Source of the DNA: Paecilomyces variotii
Taxonomy: Eukaryota
Strand: one strand, 5' to 3'
DNA: 64,000 nt
Assembly: GCA_004022145.1 (NCBI GenBank)
Contig: RCNU01000002.1
The position numbers and the translations under genes are program-made. Positions 38,481-51,700 of the stretch are shown in pieces. The notes beneath the pieces are model-generated. The model was not told where the DNA came from, searched no databases, and saw only the letters and a program-made list of their open reading frames with translations. Numbering within the stretch: the first letter of the stretch is position 1; every line of letters begins with the position of its first letter.

Positions 38481-39109
38481 ATGAAGGTCTTTTCCTCCAA
38501 CTGCACTTTTGATTACTCCTGGGACGAGGTCTCCACGGCAAACTGGCGCAAATACTGTCCCTGGAACGATAAGTCCACTCATGTCGTTGCGGCCGATACG
38601 CTATCGAGGGTCGTGGACCCGCAGACAGGCATTGTAAGTCATCTTCAACCTGCTGTAGGTGATCGTCTGGCTGACAGTTCTGGGTCCAGCTACGCACGGA
38701 ACGTCTGATCACCTGTAATCAGTCAGTGCCACAATGGGTGCTCTCCCTCTTCGGCGGCAGCGCCACTTCTTATGTCTATGAAGTCTCCTACGTCGATCCA
38801 ATCACCAAGAAAGTCACGATGTGTTCGACCAACCTGACCTGGTCAAACGTCCTGAATGTTCGCGAAACCGTCGTCTATCGGCCGTCTCCATCCATGCCAG
38901 CCTCGAAAACCGACTTCCAGCAAGAGGCCAAGATCACTGCCCTCTGCAGTGGATGGCAGAAGATCAAGAACAAGATCGAAGAAGCTAGCGTCGAGCGATT
39001 CGGCCAGAATGCGAAGAGAGGCCGTGAGGGATTCGAGGCCGTGCTCGAGATGAGCCGCAGAGTGTTCAGCGAACAGCGAGAACGCGAAAACCAGAAAATC
39101 CAGTCCTAG
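38481..39109 (+). CDS. UPS2: PRELI/MSF1 mitochondrial intermembrane lipid-transfer protein (Ups2-like)
   Basis: MKVFSSNCTFDYSWDEVSTANWRKYCPWNDKSTHV, LRTERLI, STNLT, NAKRGREGFE; 1 intron. Confidence 0.9.
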
Positions 39110-39745
39110 ATGACTGCCAAACCTTCTACGGAATTGCCGTGGATGTGTCCTTCCTATTTCCATTCCCATTCTCCATGGTCTTAACCAAGCGATTGCATAT
39201 TTAGCATACGTCCTGACGATCAGCATCGCAACGTGAGTTCTTTGGCGTTTTTCTGATTTTACACCATTTGTCTATTTTGGCCGTCTTTTTGAGACGAAGA
39301 GAAAAGTCGATTTCTAGATGGCGTCTGCAGGGGGGGGTTTTTTTTGTTTTAGATAGTCTTACACTCGTTACTTGGGATGCGATAAAGCATGGGTAGATAG
39401 GGGTTCCTTTTGTTCATTTTCTAGATAGACGTTTTAGTTTTTGTCTCTTCAAGCAGCGAGCTTTTTCTGGCGATTCTTTTACTACATGGGATGCGGTGTA
39501 CGCAATGGTTCTTATTGTTGTATAGAGTTATCATTTTGTCGGAAGCACCTGTATATATTATGCTTTGGAGCAGATTATACCTATTTCGATTCTCCACCGT
39601 GCTCATTCATCATGTGTCTCATTAGAGTATGCTAAGCATGACCGACTATGCGAGTCTCCCAAACACATTCGAGAAGGAATAAACGCCTTGCTGGATCAAA
39701 CAACGATGCTGAAACCAAAAACTATCCCAAACCAATTGAACATAT

Positions 39746-40776
39746 TCATCCCAGGAGACCGCCCAGCACCACCCGACCCACTCCAGAGATCTCATTCTTC
39801 GCACCGCTCCTGCTCGCATCTTCAAACTCACGCACTACCCCGGCCACGATGACCTTGCGCAACCTGGCGTCCGCTTTCGTGAATATTTCCCCCAGAGCAG
39901 CGGTGCAGACCGCAGGACTGGACACCAAGGAAACGAGCCGCGTGTAGCAGTCTATCAGCACATCGCATAGAGTTGCAAAGGTCTCGAAGAAGTCAGGATC
40001 AAAGGGCAAAGACGGCGTAAGGAGATACGAGTATTCTTCTCCAGGCAGGAGGTCGGAAAACTCCGTAGTTGGAAACGACATCACCGACGACGCCGCGCCC
40101 GAAGAGTTTCCCGTTATAGACTTGGCATCAGAATTATCACCTGATTGCATAGGAAGTCCAATCTCATTGGCAGAGCTGGATCTTCTCGTCTTGATGCTGG
40201 AATGCGCCGCTGCTCTCTTGAACATCTGAGGAATACGGGCCCTCGCGAGCGTCGATGACGAGCCTCCATCGGGAGGATGTACCTGCTGAAAGGTCTCGAA
40301 TTCTAGCAGCAAGGCGTTCAGGGAACGGAGATATTCAAAGGGGGTAGAGTTGATATCAAGAATCGGCGGCAGAGATAATCCCAGGAGAAGATAATTGATT
40401 GAGCGACGTGTGAGCTTCCGCTGGTCGAAGTATGACATGCGCGAGAGATCTGCCTTTGAGAAATGGACCGTGTTGAACCAGTATACGCGGCCCTCATGAC
40501 TTTATCATAATAGTCCCGTCAGCAACTCTTGCTCAAAACAGTATTTGTAGGGGGAAAGCGCATGGATTCCACTAACGCTTTTCTAAGGTAATCCAAGGTC
40601 GATATCCGTTTCGAAGCCATGTCATGAATGTGTTGATAGATCGCAGCTGCGCTTTGCGGTCCCAATGATCCTCCACCACTAACGGCCGGAGGAGGGAGCG
40701 GAGGAACGACGTCCTGGGCTGATTGTCCCGCGACTGAGGACTTGGTATCTCTCCGAGAGAGCCCTGACGACATCAT
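39746..40776 (-). CDS. Conserved-looking fungal hypothetical protein, 1 intron
   Basis: ORFs 40519-40776 and 39746-40438 join via GT-AG as SKRISTLDYLRKA|HEGRVYWFNTV; helical C-terminal domain LPFDPDFFETFATLCD. Confidence 0.8.
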
Positions 40777-41456
40777 CTTAGTAAATTCAGGTATAGAGGC
40801 GGTGATAATCGCAGCAGTCTTCGCTGATCGCAGCCAGAGCCGGAACGGAGTGCGCAGTAGTTTCCAATCTGCGCATGGGATCTAGTTAGAATCAAAGAAA
40901 AGCCGAAAGTACTTTTTGCAGCATGATTGGGTCCAGATAGCTGCTGGGTCTCTACTCACAGATATCTCAAATTGACGTCCCTTGCGACGCCCCTATTCCC
41001 CCAATCTAGACCATTTATTGAAAGTCGACCTAAGACTTGAAGCACAGCTGTGACCGTCCCCGGATATGCAGCGTCCCAACGCTTGGAAACCAGACTCCGA
41101 GGGGGTGGCACCGAGTGAAATTGTCTGGGATGATCCAAAAAGACAGAGAAGTTAATTAAATCCAATGAATCTGTCCCTAAGTTGATGTTCGCGAGCACCT
41201 GAAGGTCCCGCGGTTCGGAGGTTAGCTCCAGGGGCCGATTGGCTAGTGTGGTTTCCCCTCCTGAACCTCGATGAGGGGACAATAATTCGATAACAATTCC
41301 ATTCTTCTTATCACATTGCCCATAAGACCGAAGGGGGATTATCTTTTCAGATCTTATTCTTCAGATTTATCCTTTACTTCTTGCCGCGACTGTGCTACTA
41401 CATTCATTTCCGTCGACCTCGATCTCCAACCGCCATACTACTTACCCTCCTTGCAT

Positions 41457-42962
41457 ATGGCTTCATCCGCCGACGAGGTCATCCCGTCGCACGGGCAATG
41501 GCCTGTCGACCCTCAGGAGGACACCCCGATATCTAAGGATCGCATTTGGGTGGACGGATGCTTTGACTTTAGCCATCATGGTAAGATCCAGATACAATCT
41601 TCGGTTGATAAGATGCGGGTTTGCTAACAGAGTCGGCATGTGTAGGTCACGCTGGCGCAATGCTCCAAGCCCGTCGACTCGGAAAGGAGCTGTTTGTTGG
41701 TATTCATTCCGATGAAGCGATCCTTGAAAACAAAGGGCCTACAGTCATGACTCTCAAAGAACGGTCGGTTGTTACCTTGATACGTCCAACTACATCGTGC
41801 TGACGACGATCTTCCCAGTTCAGAGTGGCAGCTGTCGAGGCATGTCGATGGGTTACGAAGGCCGTTCCTCACGCACCCTACGTCACATCGCTTCCCTGGG
41901 TCTCGCACTACGGATGTTTCTATGTGGTCCATGGAGATGATATAACCTCAGATAGCAATGGTGAAGATTGCTATCGTTTTGTCAAGGCCGCTGGCCGTTT
42001 TCTTGTGGTGAAGAGGACGCCTGGTATTTCTACTACAGATCTGGTCGGGCGGATGCTTCTCTGCACACGAGGCCACTTCATCAAGTCCTTCCAGGGTGCG
42101 CTCTCAGGCGAAGAAGGACCTGGCAGCCCGGAAGAGAGGAAGGCATATGCGGATGATCTCCTGCAGAGGATTCGAGAATACGCCACCGACCAGACCGGAT
42201 TACAGCCAGGACCGGAAGTTTGGACATGGACTGGATCGGATTCGGCCAAGCTCAATCACACCAATGAAGAGCCCGGAGTATTCGACAAACTCGTCGCTGG
42301 GAAGCCGCCAAGACCTGGTCAGCGGGTCGTCTATGTAGACGGAGGATTCGATCTTTTCTCATCCGGCCACATTGAATTCCTACGGCAAGTTGTGGCACTA
42401 GAGGAGGCTGAAGGTCGGCAGCGGGGCTGGTACGAGCCTCAGCAGAGGGAACAGAGATTGAAAGAGCACGGTGAAGACTACGAACCCGCATACGTTATCG
42501 CCGGTATACATGATGATGCCGTGATCAATCACTGGAAGGGGCTGAACTATCCGATCATGAACATTTTTGAGCGAGGCCTTTGCGTTCTTCAGTGCAAGGT
42601 CAGTTATTCCCCCTTCCATTCTGCTGGATAATTGCTGAAGTTCCTAGTACATCCATGCGGTCGTATTCTCGGCCCCTTTCACCCCCAGTAAATCCTACTT
42701 ACAGGCGATGCCGACGGGAGTGCCCAGCGCCGTTTATCATGGGCCAACTACGTTCATTCCCCTTACATATGACCCATACACAGCCCCGAAGCAGATGGGT
42801 ATCTTCAAGGAAATAGAGAGGCACGACTTCCAGGACGTAAATGCTGGTCAAATAGTCCAGAGAATCCTGAAAAGCAGAGAAGCATTCGAGGAGAGGCAGC
42901 GAGCCAAGCTGCAAAAAGCTATCGTGGAAGAAGCAGTCAAACAAAAGGAGGCTCAGGCCTAG
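41457..42962 (+). CDS. ECT1: Ethanolamine-phosphate cytidylyltransferase
   Basis: Two CT domains: WVDGCFDFSHHGH and YVDGGFDLFSSGH, KRTPGISTTDLVGRML, YPIMNIFER; 3 introns. Confidence 0.95.
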
Positions 42963-43811
42963 TGAAGAAGGCCGGTGAGCAGGTCCAGATCGAAGTAAGA
43001 AATCCAGCATAACCCCGGCTCATCCACAGTTATCATTAGCCTGTGACTGACGATACATCGCAGATGTCATCCATATCCGATGACGGTGGACATAGGGTCC
43101 GGTATAGAATGGTTTTGAGCCTTGTAATAGTCTGTACATAGAATATTGGTGACAACCGGGGACTGAAAGGTAGGGCATTGTATAATGAGAAGGCAGAACA
43201 ATACTGCTTTACATGATACTGCATGCTACTCGAGAATAAGCACTCAACTTGCTATATAATACGCCTCAGCTATTGGCACTTGAGGTGCCCATATAACTAT
43301 TATGCACTCTTGATATCTGCGTTGATTTCGATTCCAGAGAGTTGAACCGAGACGAATTAAGTGAGACCAAACGACATTATTTTGGGATAGCTATTACTAA
43401 TATCTATCTCTATAGCCGGTAGTGGTAGTATTAACGACAGACAAACAAGGTCCTAGGGCATAACGCGCAGGTTAACTATATGATATCGAATAAGTATCTC
43501 GTGCTATCTGCCTAACTCCGTTGGACATGTCTCGAGTTAGTGGAATCAAGTTGACGGATTCATATAGAAGATTCAAATGGCATACGCTTAATGGCATAAC
43601 TTGCCAGTCCACTTTAGGATATTGCACTTATAATGGATATAGGCCGAAGTAAATAGGATAATCTGACATTCTCGGCGCCTACATGTTAGCACGACAAATA
43701 ATGATTTCCAAATACACTGAGCAGATTTATCTCACTAGCAGTCTTCCAAGGACCAGTATTAGAAGGTTGGTAATCTAGTCACCAGATTCAAATTCCCCAG
43801 TCCCACAATCA

Positions 43812-44776
43812 CTAAGAGTGAGCGACGAGTTTCTGGGCGAGGTCCTTCATAACCCCCCAATACTTCCGTTTCTCAACTCGCCACGCCTGCTCATAGCAGC
43901 ACAATTAGATATGAGGAGATTAATATTCAATTTAATTCTCACCTTTGCTTTCGCCTTAGACTTAGCTATAGCTTTCTTGCTCAAGTCCTTGATTTTCTCA
44001 ACGTCCTCACGAAAAGCGCGTTGCAAGTCCTCTTTGTCTCCTTCGCTTTCTTGACGTGATGCTTTAGCAGAATTAAACTTCTTTTTAAAAGAACCACGAA
44101 GCTGATCTTCGAGTATGTTAAAGCGAGCTGGTCCCAGAACTTCCACGCCTAGAGAGACGATCTTTTGCTGCGTCTTACCCCATTCCTTCCATAAACCGTC
44201 AAGTTGACGTTGATCGGTCTCTAGCTCATCGCGCAGATTTTGCAGATTCGCACTAGAAGGCATCACTAATTCAGGGGATCGTCCTGATGGTCTCGATCTT
44301 GCGAGTGTCTTCTCTCCGCGTGATGATGATCGTGCTAGGTATTGCTGAGTAGAAGAGTATTTCTTCATCAGGAGATCTAAAACCTCCTCTTCTTTCTGGA
44401 CGAGGGATAGTTCTAGATCTCTCCTTATCGCAGTGCGGGTGTCATTCAGGGAATCTGAAATCCATTCCAATCAGTAAGTCCACCATGGATGATCTTGCTA
44501 GAACGCTCCTATTTTGTCTATCTCACCGGTGAAATTTTCTAGAAGCTCTTCCTTGGATATGAGAGGGCTTTCGGGCCTAGTGAAGGCCGGCATGTCTGTA
44601 GTAGTAGTAGTCCTGGTGTTGTATACATCGGGCTTTCTGATGGAGACTTTGGTCTTCCCCTTAAGAGCATCTTTCTGGGTAGATGGTTTTGAATACCGGG
44701 CACGAGATCTGAAATTGTACTCAGAAGGAACGCTGGAAAGAGCTTTTGGTTTATGTTCTTTGCGCCTTGCTGGCAT
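43812..44776 (-). CDS. Hypothetical basic coiled-coil protein, 2 introns
   Basis: ORFs 44498-44803 and 43847-44470 join by GT-AG introns into one frame ending KLVAHS; heptad-rich; no recognised domain. Confidence 0.6.
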
Positions 44777-45254
44777 TTTGGCTCTATGCGGAGAGTGTGA
44801 CAACTTGCTCTATCAAAGTCGTTGAATATCCCGGGCCCCTGCCAAGGAGACAAACAGGAAAAGGTATTCCAGAACAGCTTTCTGTCGATACAGAAATGAC
44901 AAACCGATAATGTTCGAAAGCATGTAGCTCGTAAGAGGGGAGTTCGGCTTCTAAGGAAGAGCACGAGGAAGTAACGTGACCTTTGAACTGAACTATGAGT
45001 AGAGAATCTGGATAAATATACTGTACAACTAGTAACGGAAACCCATACGTACATGCTCTCGGGGATCTAGAATAGGAAGAAAAATAAGAAAAGAAAGAAG
45101 ACCAAGAAACGAGACAGACAGATAGATGACTGGACCACGATTCTTCTCATAATAACACAAAAGGCCCTCTATTCAGGCTACCGTACAAGACAGGTATAGA
45201 CGATATCAATATATCGTGAGCAAACGACAGACACCCTCTGAATGAATGAATCCT

Positions 45255-45854
45255 TTACTCCGCCGCAACCAGGACTCCCTTCTCTTCCAGGAGCTTCGAA
45301 AGCTCTCCGTTCCGGTGCATGGACATCAGGATATCGCAACCACCGACAAACTCCTTGTCAACGTACAATTGCGGGATGGTCGGCCAGTCTGAGTACTCCT
45401 TGATACCTAGTGACGCAAAACCATCAGTTCTCCGTGAATCTAAGACGACGGAAGAAGGCGGAGGAACACAGCGCATACATACCTTGTCGAAGTTCCGGGT
45501 CCTCCAAGACGTTAAAAGCAGTGAACTTCTTCGGGTCGACACCCTGAAGGCCCAAAATCTGTATAGTTGCTCGAGAAAAGCCACACTGGGGCGTCTCGGG
45601 AGTGCCCTTCATGAACAGAACAACCGGCGCAGAAGCCACTGCCTTGTCGATGGCGGCTTTTGTCTCCGACGAAAGAAGGCGAGCCTGGAGAGGGGACAAT
45701 CGAAGACCAAAGAACGGTTTCGGAACAGGGACAGAGGTCAAGCGCGTAGCTTGCCGGAATGCCTTCAGATAGATCTTTAGTCAGAATAACTTGCGGCGCG
45801 CAAAATAGCAGCAACAGATGAACTTACCGATGGGAAAGCAGATCTGCAGAACAT
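45255..45854 (-). CDS. GRX5: Mitochondrial monothiol glutaredoxin
   Basis: [27 protein letters not shown]; presequence; 2 introns. Confidence 0.96.
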
Positions 45855-46491
45855 GATGTCTAATAACCTTTGAGGTGAAATAACAAGAGACACCTGATGC
45901 CCCGGCAGAAAAAGAGCAGAGTTTGTATACTGGAAATTGTTTTGGACGAGGTTATTTTTTTTATGACGGCATTCTTGGACTCCAAGGACCGACGGATGGG
46001 ATGCTTACTTAACCGCCAGTGGCGTCAATAAGTTACTAGGTAACTTAAGCGTACACTAGCAGAACATTATGCGGAGAACAACAGTCGGGGCATGGAACCA
46101 GGCCATTATTATTATTACCGATACCGTTATTGGCCCAAATGAAGACTGGAAGAGGCGACATGCAAGGCGCCAAACTAGCGGACAACCATCCAAGGATGAA
46201 GTATACATGTATCGCTTGCGTGAGGACACTACCTTTAGACAGTGACAACACGATATCTACTTGCGCTACGACTCGGATTGAGAAACTAATATAACTTCAG
46301 TACAGAGCTAGAAACGTGATCGCTGGTCCTATCTGCTGATATCGAAATTGGCGGTTGCATTTGGGATCCTGATAAACTTAAATCTATCTATCTATACATA
46401 CTCCATCTCCTACTAAATACTGATACACGTGAGCGAGGCCTGCAGATCGACAAAGCTGCCACAAAAGACCCTGGTCCAAAATTTAGCGGCT

Positions 46492-47799
46492 TCATGCAAG
46501 TTCAGAGTTGGACTTCGTCTCTTCATCATAGAGTCCCAGAAGCCGTGCGACGTAGTCACCCAACAACCCTAATGTGATTCCACCACCGGTAAACCAACAT
46601 CCATTCTTGAACCACCACCAACAATTCTTCACGTCTTTCAGCTGGACCCGTGAGATCATCACACCGAGGGTGAGAGCCGCACTACCGCATGTGCCGAGGA
46701 AATAGATAGGGCCCGCTCCTGCTGCCAAACCTGCTGCAGCAAGGAGGGACACCTGTGCGACGGCTAGGCCAGATAGCACAGTCTTCGTATTGTGCTCGTG
46801 GCGTAGCGCAATAGATTTAATACCAGCTGCCACATCGTCTTTAATGTCCATATGTGCGTAGATCATATCATACAAAACTGTCCAGGAAATGCAGCTGGCA
46901 TACAGGGCGGCTGCTGTCTGCAAGGCACTGGGATTCGAGAGAAGGTCAACTCCAAGGGCCGGGAACCCCATGATCGCACCCCACGAGAAGGTAAGCCCCA
47001 GGACAAACTGCGGGTAATTGGTCACCCGCTTGGCGAGCGGGTATGTTGAAACGAGGAGCAAGCTTGGTATGCCATACCATAAGCATTGCGTGGGGAATTG
47101 AAGAAGGATACCGAGACCTGCTAGTAACTGCGTTCCGGTAAAGATGATGGCTCTTTCGGGAGTCAGCGCTCCTCGAGCAATGGGCCGCAATTTCGTCCTC
47201 TCGACTTTGGGGTCTAGATTCCTGTCCCATAGATCGTTGATAGCGCATCCAGCCCCTCTCATAATCAAAGCACCACTGAAGAATAGAGCTGTTGTCGTGA
47301 TCACGTCCGTCGGTGTAGCCATCGGCGTTGCCATTGGCGCCGCGAGAAGAGTCGAGAATAGGCAAGGGAAGAAGAGGTAATATGTTCCGGTTGGTTTGTC
47401 CAGACGCACAAGCTCAGCGTAAGGTACCCATGATTTGGGCAAATAGGCGAGCAAGCCAGTCTGCGGTGGCACGTACTGTACAACAGGCGATTCTTCCTTT
47501 TCTGTGACGGGGAGGGAGGCAGGAGTGGGGGACTGTGACGAGGTAGCCGACTTGTATTCCCTGATTAGCAGCCTCCTGGAGATTGCATGTAGCCTCCAAG
47601 GTTGTTGAGAGACTCGAAGGTGGCATGCACTGGCCATCATCGGGGCTTTGGAGATAAACGACGTAGACACAGGTGCGAGGTTTCTGGCGGCAAAATGTCT
47701 TCCCAAGCGCAATGGGGCCTTACCCCCTGCTTCCCTCAGATTACAGTGAAGGCGCATAGGGGCAGTCACACCCGAACACCTGAAAGGAGATGCCATCAT
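46492..47799 (-). CDS. COQ2: 4-hydroxybenzoate polyprenyltransferase
   Basis: RLDKP, GAGCAINDLWDRNLDPKVERTKLRP, YDMIYAHMDIKDD UbiA motifs; presequence. Confidence 0.96.
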   Translation of the reverse strand: MMASPFRCSGVTAPMRLHCNLREAGGKAPLRLGRHFAARNLAPVSTSFISKAPMMASACHLRVSQQPWRLHAISRRLLIREYKSATSSQSPTPASLPVTEKEESPVVQYVPPQTGLLAYLPKSWVPYAELVRLDKPTGTYYLFFPCLFSTLLAAPMATPMATPTDVITTTALFFSGALIMRGAGCAINDLWDRNLDPKVERTKLRPIARGALTPERAIIFTGTQLLAGLGILLQFPTQCLWYGIPSLLLVSTYPLAKRVTNYPQFVLGLTFSWGAIMGFPALGVDLLSNPSALQTAAALYASCISWTVLYDMIYAHMDIKDDVAAGIKSIALRHEHNTKTVLSGLAVAQVSLLAAAGLAAGAGPIYFLGTCGSAALTLGVMISRVQLKDVKNCWWWFKNGCWFTGGGITLGLLGDYVARLLGLYDEETKSNSELA

Positions 47800-48708
47800 A
47801 TAATTATACGCAGTAAAGGCAGATCTTCTCGCGCGCGAGGTTTCGGTAGGCGTTGCGGGGATAAGCGGTTCGCGTTTTCAGCTCAAAGAAACATGGTTTT
47901 CGCAATATATTGAACGATATATATGCAGTCTCCGAGGTATCCTCCAGTACAGATAGAAGGGGTCAGTTCGCGCGGTCAATTCGTCAATTCGTCACTTCTA
48001 TGCTCGTGCAGAGGATAAATCGGCCGGCTGCGGGTGTTGAGCGGAGTTTATTTGGTGAATTGGCTCTATGGCAGTGAAGCCAAATCTGTGATGCGTTAAG
48101 GACAGTATTGGCCAATTGATACCTGAGGAACACAGTAATGAACGAGGTTTGCAGTAAGAGTGAAAGAACGAGGAGCAATTCACTATCTAGATAGATCACT
48201 TCGGCTTCACATCTGGAGCTTTTGATCGGACCGGCAGGAACAGCCAGAATAGGACTAGCGCATCGCGCCGACGCTGCACGCCGCCGCGTCGAGATAGATG
48301 GACAATTATCACCGACCTCGCTATCCATGCTTCACTGCTCATCTGCGTTCCTTCACTCCTCTTCCTTCACTCTTCATCCAAAGACTAGGAGGGTTCTCGC
48401 AACAGGGTCTGTTGTCTGTTCAGTTTGCCACCAACCCAAATTTGAAGAGTCTCCTTAACTTGCCCATCTACCTTCGCTCCTCCAACAATCGTTGAGCGCC
48501 CGGCGTTGCGCTCTCACTATGAAGTGATAACTCAGGTCTGAGTTACTCTCGCTGATCGTTCACCTTGTCCTCTCACATGAAGGAACCCCGTCCTTTCGTC
48601 GGTAATATCGGCGACGCGTGGAGAGAGCGCTATCTATTTTGGTGACCCGTTCTCGGCTTGATTTGACCAAGTCTAGCCTCGTTGTCTCCTGGTGATATTT
48701 CACGCGAG

Positions 48709-51700
48709 ATGCCCGCGCAGCGCCCCTGTGCTGCCTTTGAGCCTCTGCCACCGGACCTTGACGTTACGGCGCTCGTCGAGTCTACGCCGAACTTTGAGTT
48801 CGCGGTTCGCATCCATTGCGACGCGATCGATGAACAAGGACTGGAAAATTTCGAGAAGCTAGTGCTTTTGCATGTGGTTCTAGGAGGGAAACCGCTGGTC
48901 ATAGAGGGGTACGAAGACCGGTTGGACAAATGGACTTTCTCAGAGCAATGGCTGAGAGACAACCATTCCGCGAAGAGTACGTCCTCCCCTAACCGTTTGT
49001 GTCCCAGATATCCCTAACCGCTGTCTCTTCTACCCCGCAGCCGAGATCGCGCGAGATCTGTCGAGCAAGTCAAATATCCCCATGACTATTGGCCACTATC
49101 TAAACAACCTTCCGTTTTTGACCGAACAGTGGAATGCGCATAACTACAAAGACCCTAAGCGCCAGCGAGTCTATCTGAAAGACATCGACTGCCCTCCTGT
49201 CTGGCACGATAAGCTTAGGGAGCTCATCCCTCCGTTGCTATTCTACTTCAATGAATCGACTGGAGATGCTGGCGGGCCGGGAGCAAAGCTGGAACCAAAT
49301 CCGCACGGCGCTGGGACAAGGCTGGGAAAAGGGATCGCAAAGGCAGGAGACTTAATGAGCAGTCTTCGACCAGAAATGCGGGCAGACAACCTAATGTGTT
49401 ATATTGGTCATGAAGGTACTTACACCCCAGCGCACCGGGAGATGTGTGCCAGCCTCGGCCACAATATAATGGTCGAGGCTTCCACTGGCCTCGTAGAACA
49501 CGGGAAACCGACAAAACGAGGCAGCTCTATCTGGTTCATGACTGAAAGCAAAGACCGTCACCTTGTCTCAGAGTATTGGTTATCTACTCTCGGGCACGAC
49601 ATCGAGATTGAAAAGCATTTTGCTCAAATCAACGCATGGAAGGCGGCTCCCTTCAAGACATATGTTGTTGAGCAGAAACCTGGTGACTTCATCCTTATCC
49701 CCCCGCTCGCGCCACATCAGGTTTGGAACAGGGGAACTAGGACGATGAAGGTAGCTTGGAATCGCACCACCGTCGAGACCCTGGAATTGGCCCTGACTGA
49801 AGCTCTCCCGCGAGCAAGGATGGTGTGTCGTGACGAACAATATAAGAACAAAGCTATCATTTTCTTCTCTCTTGACAAATACTCGAAATTGCTTCGCCAA
49901 GTGCAGGAACGCAACCTCAGCGGTCCCAAGATACGTCAGTTGCAGAAAGACTTTCGACGGTTACTTGCACTCTATACGAGGATCCTCCTATCGGAGAGTT
50001 TCTCCATTGAGCGACCGGAGGAGAGGAACATTCAGTTTCTCCCTTATGACAGCTATGTCACATGTTCATACTGCAGGTGTAACATTTTCAACCGGTTTCT
50101 GACTTGTCCCTCTTGCGTTGGCAAACTCCCCTCTGGTGAGGAAGATAATTACGATGTTTGCATGGAATGTTATGCTATGGGCAGGAGCTGCGCTTGCATT
50201 TCAAAATTGAAGTGGGTGCAACAATTTCGTTGGAAAGAACTCGTGGAGAAGCATGAACTGTGGAGAAAGCAGATAATCAATCTAAGTGGCCTCACAGACG
50301 ATGCGATCAAGTCTTTCCACCAAGAAAGGAAAGACATTCACGATGCAGATATACGGACCCTGGCAGAGGTCTGTCAGGAGGAGCTGCGGAAACGACCCTG
50401 GGTCGACGTCACGAAACCAAAGACCGTGGAAGAACCAGAGGAGGACCCCATTGATGTCGACGATGAGGGTAGACCTCGAAAACGGAAGAAGACTCGTTCT
50501 GAGAAAGAGCCTAAGGGAAAACGTACATGTCATACTTGCAGGTATCCTGAAGCAACATGGAAACTTGCTACTTGTGAGAAATGCAAAACGAGCTACTGTT
50601 ATGGAAGTTTGTTCAGAGCTTTCGACATCATGCCACAGCAGGTTATGGAGAACCGGAAGTGGCAATGCCCGAAGTGTCAGAAGATCTGCAGCTGTGCAGC
50701 TTGCCGGAGGGATCCTACGGTGACTCCTTTCGAGCCTAAGGGTACCTTGCTGGGACATGACACTAGGAAGATAGCCGATCCCCGGAGCGTGGAGAGCTTA
50801 GTGGACTTCAGTCATTCTAATATTGTATGGCTCAAAAAGGCTGGTGATGGCGATTTCCATAACAGTCGTCGTCTTCAAAGACGTCTGGAAGAAGCGGAAA
50901 TGCTGAAATTAGACCAACCGGTTCTTGGTGAAGATTATGTCGAGCCTACACGTCCAAGTTTGGAAGATGCGGCAGATCATGGAGGAATCCCTGTTGATCC
51001 AGCATTGGCACCAGGCACTCGAGGGAATGACGGAACTAATATCCCCATAGATCCGGCCCTGGGTGGTGGGTCAGAAGAGCCTCAGTTCTTCGTTCCGAAG
51101 AATGGTATTCTCAGAGAGGGCATGAGAGACGAATATGAAGAAACCGAAGCTATAACGTTTGAGTATCCGGACCCCGAAGGGCCATCAATCGCACCAGACG
51201 CGTCCCAACAGACACCTTGGCAACCGCTATCTGAAATAGCGGAAAACTCGCACGATCCCCGCACCGAAGCAAGTTCGACAGTAGACGGCAACGGCAACGG
51301 TAAGAAACGAAAGCGAGCCAGCGAACACATCAAAGTGCAGAACGGCTTCAACATGATTTACGACGGACCGGGTGATGCTGCGCCAAGCAGAGGGAAGTCT
51401 TCGTCATCCAAGAAAACTGGTTCCAAACAGAAGAGATCAGATAAGCCAGCGGAGCAGGATCAGGTCTCCACAGCGATTGAAGCGGTAAGGATGCTTGAGG
51501 ATTCCGTCGTGGTTATGTCCGACGTTTTGAGCCACGACCAGCAGCCTTTCTCCCTGAAACCCGAAACCCAAGGGCGAAGGCGTAGGACTCGTAGTGGTGA
51601 GGACGATGACGAGTTCACTCCCGTGAGACGTGACAGACGCCGTTCCCAGAAGCCAGTGGAGGAGTCTATCATCATCCAGAAGAAGAGAAACCCGCCCCGT

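Noticed and set aside
46564..46573. AACCCTAA telomere/telomerase-template-like word
   Set aside because: A single short match inside the COQ2 CDS; no telomeric array or telomerase RNA context.
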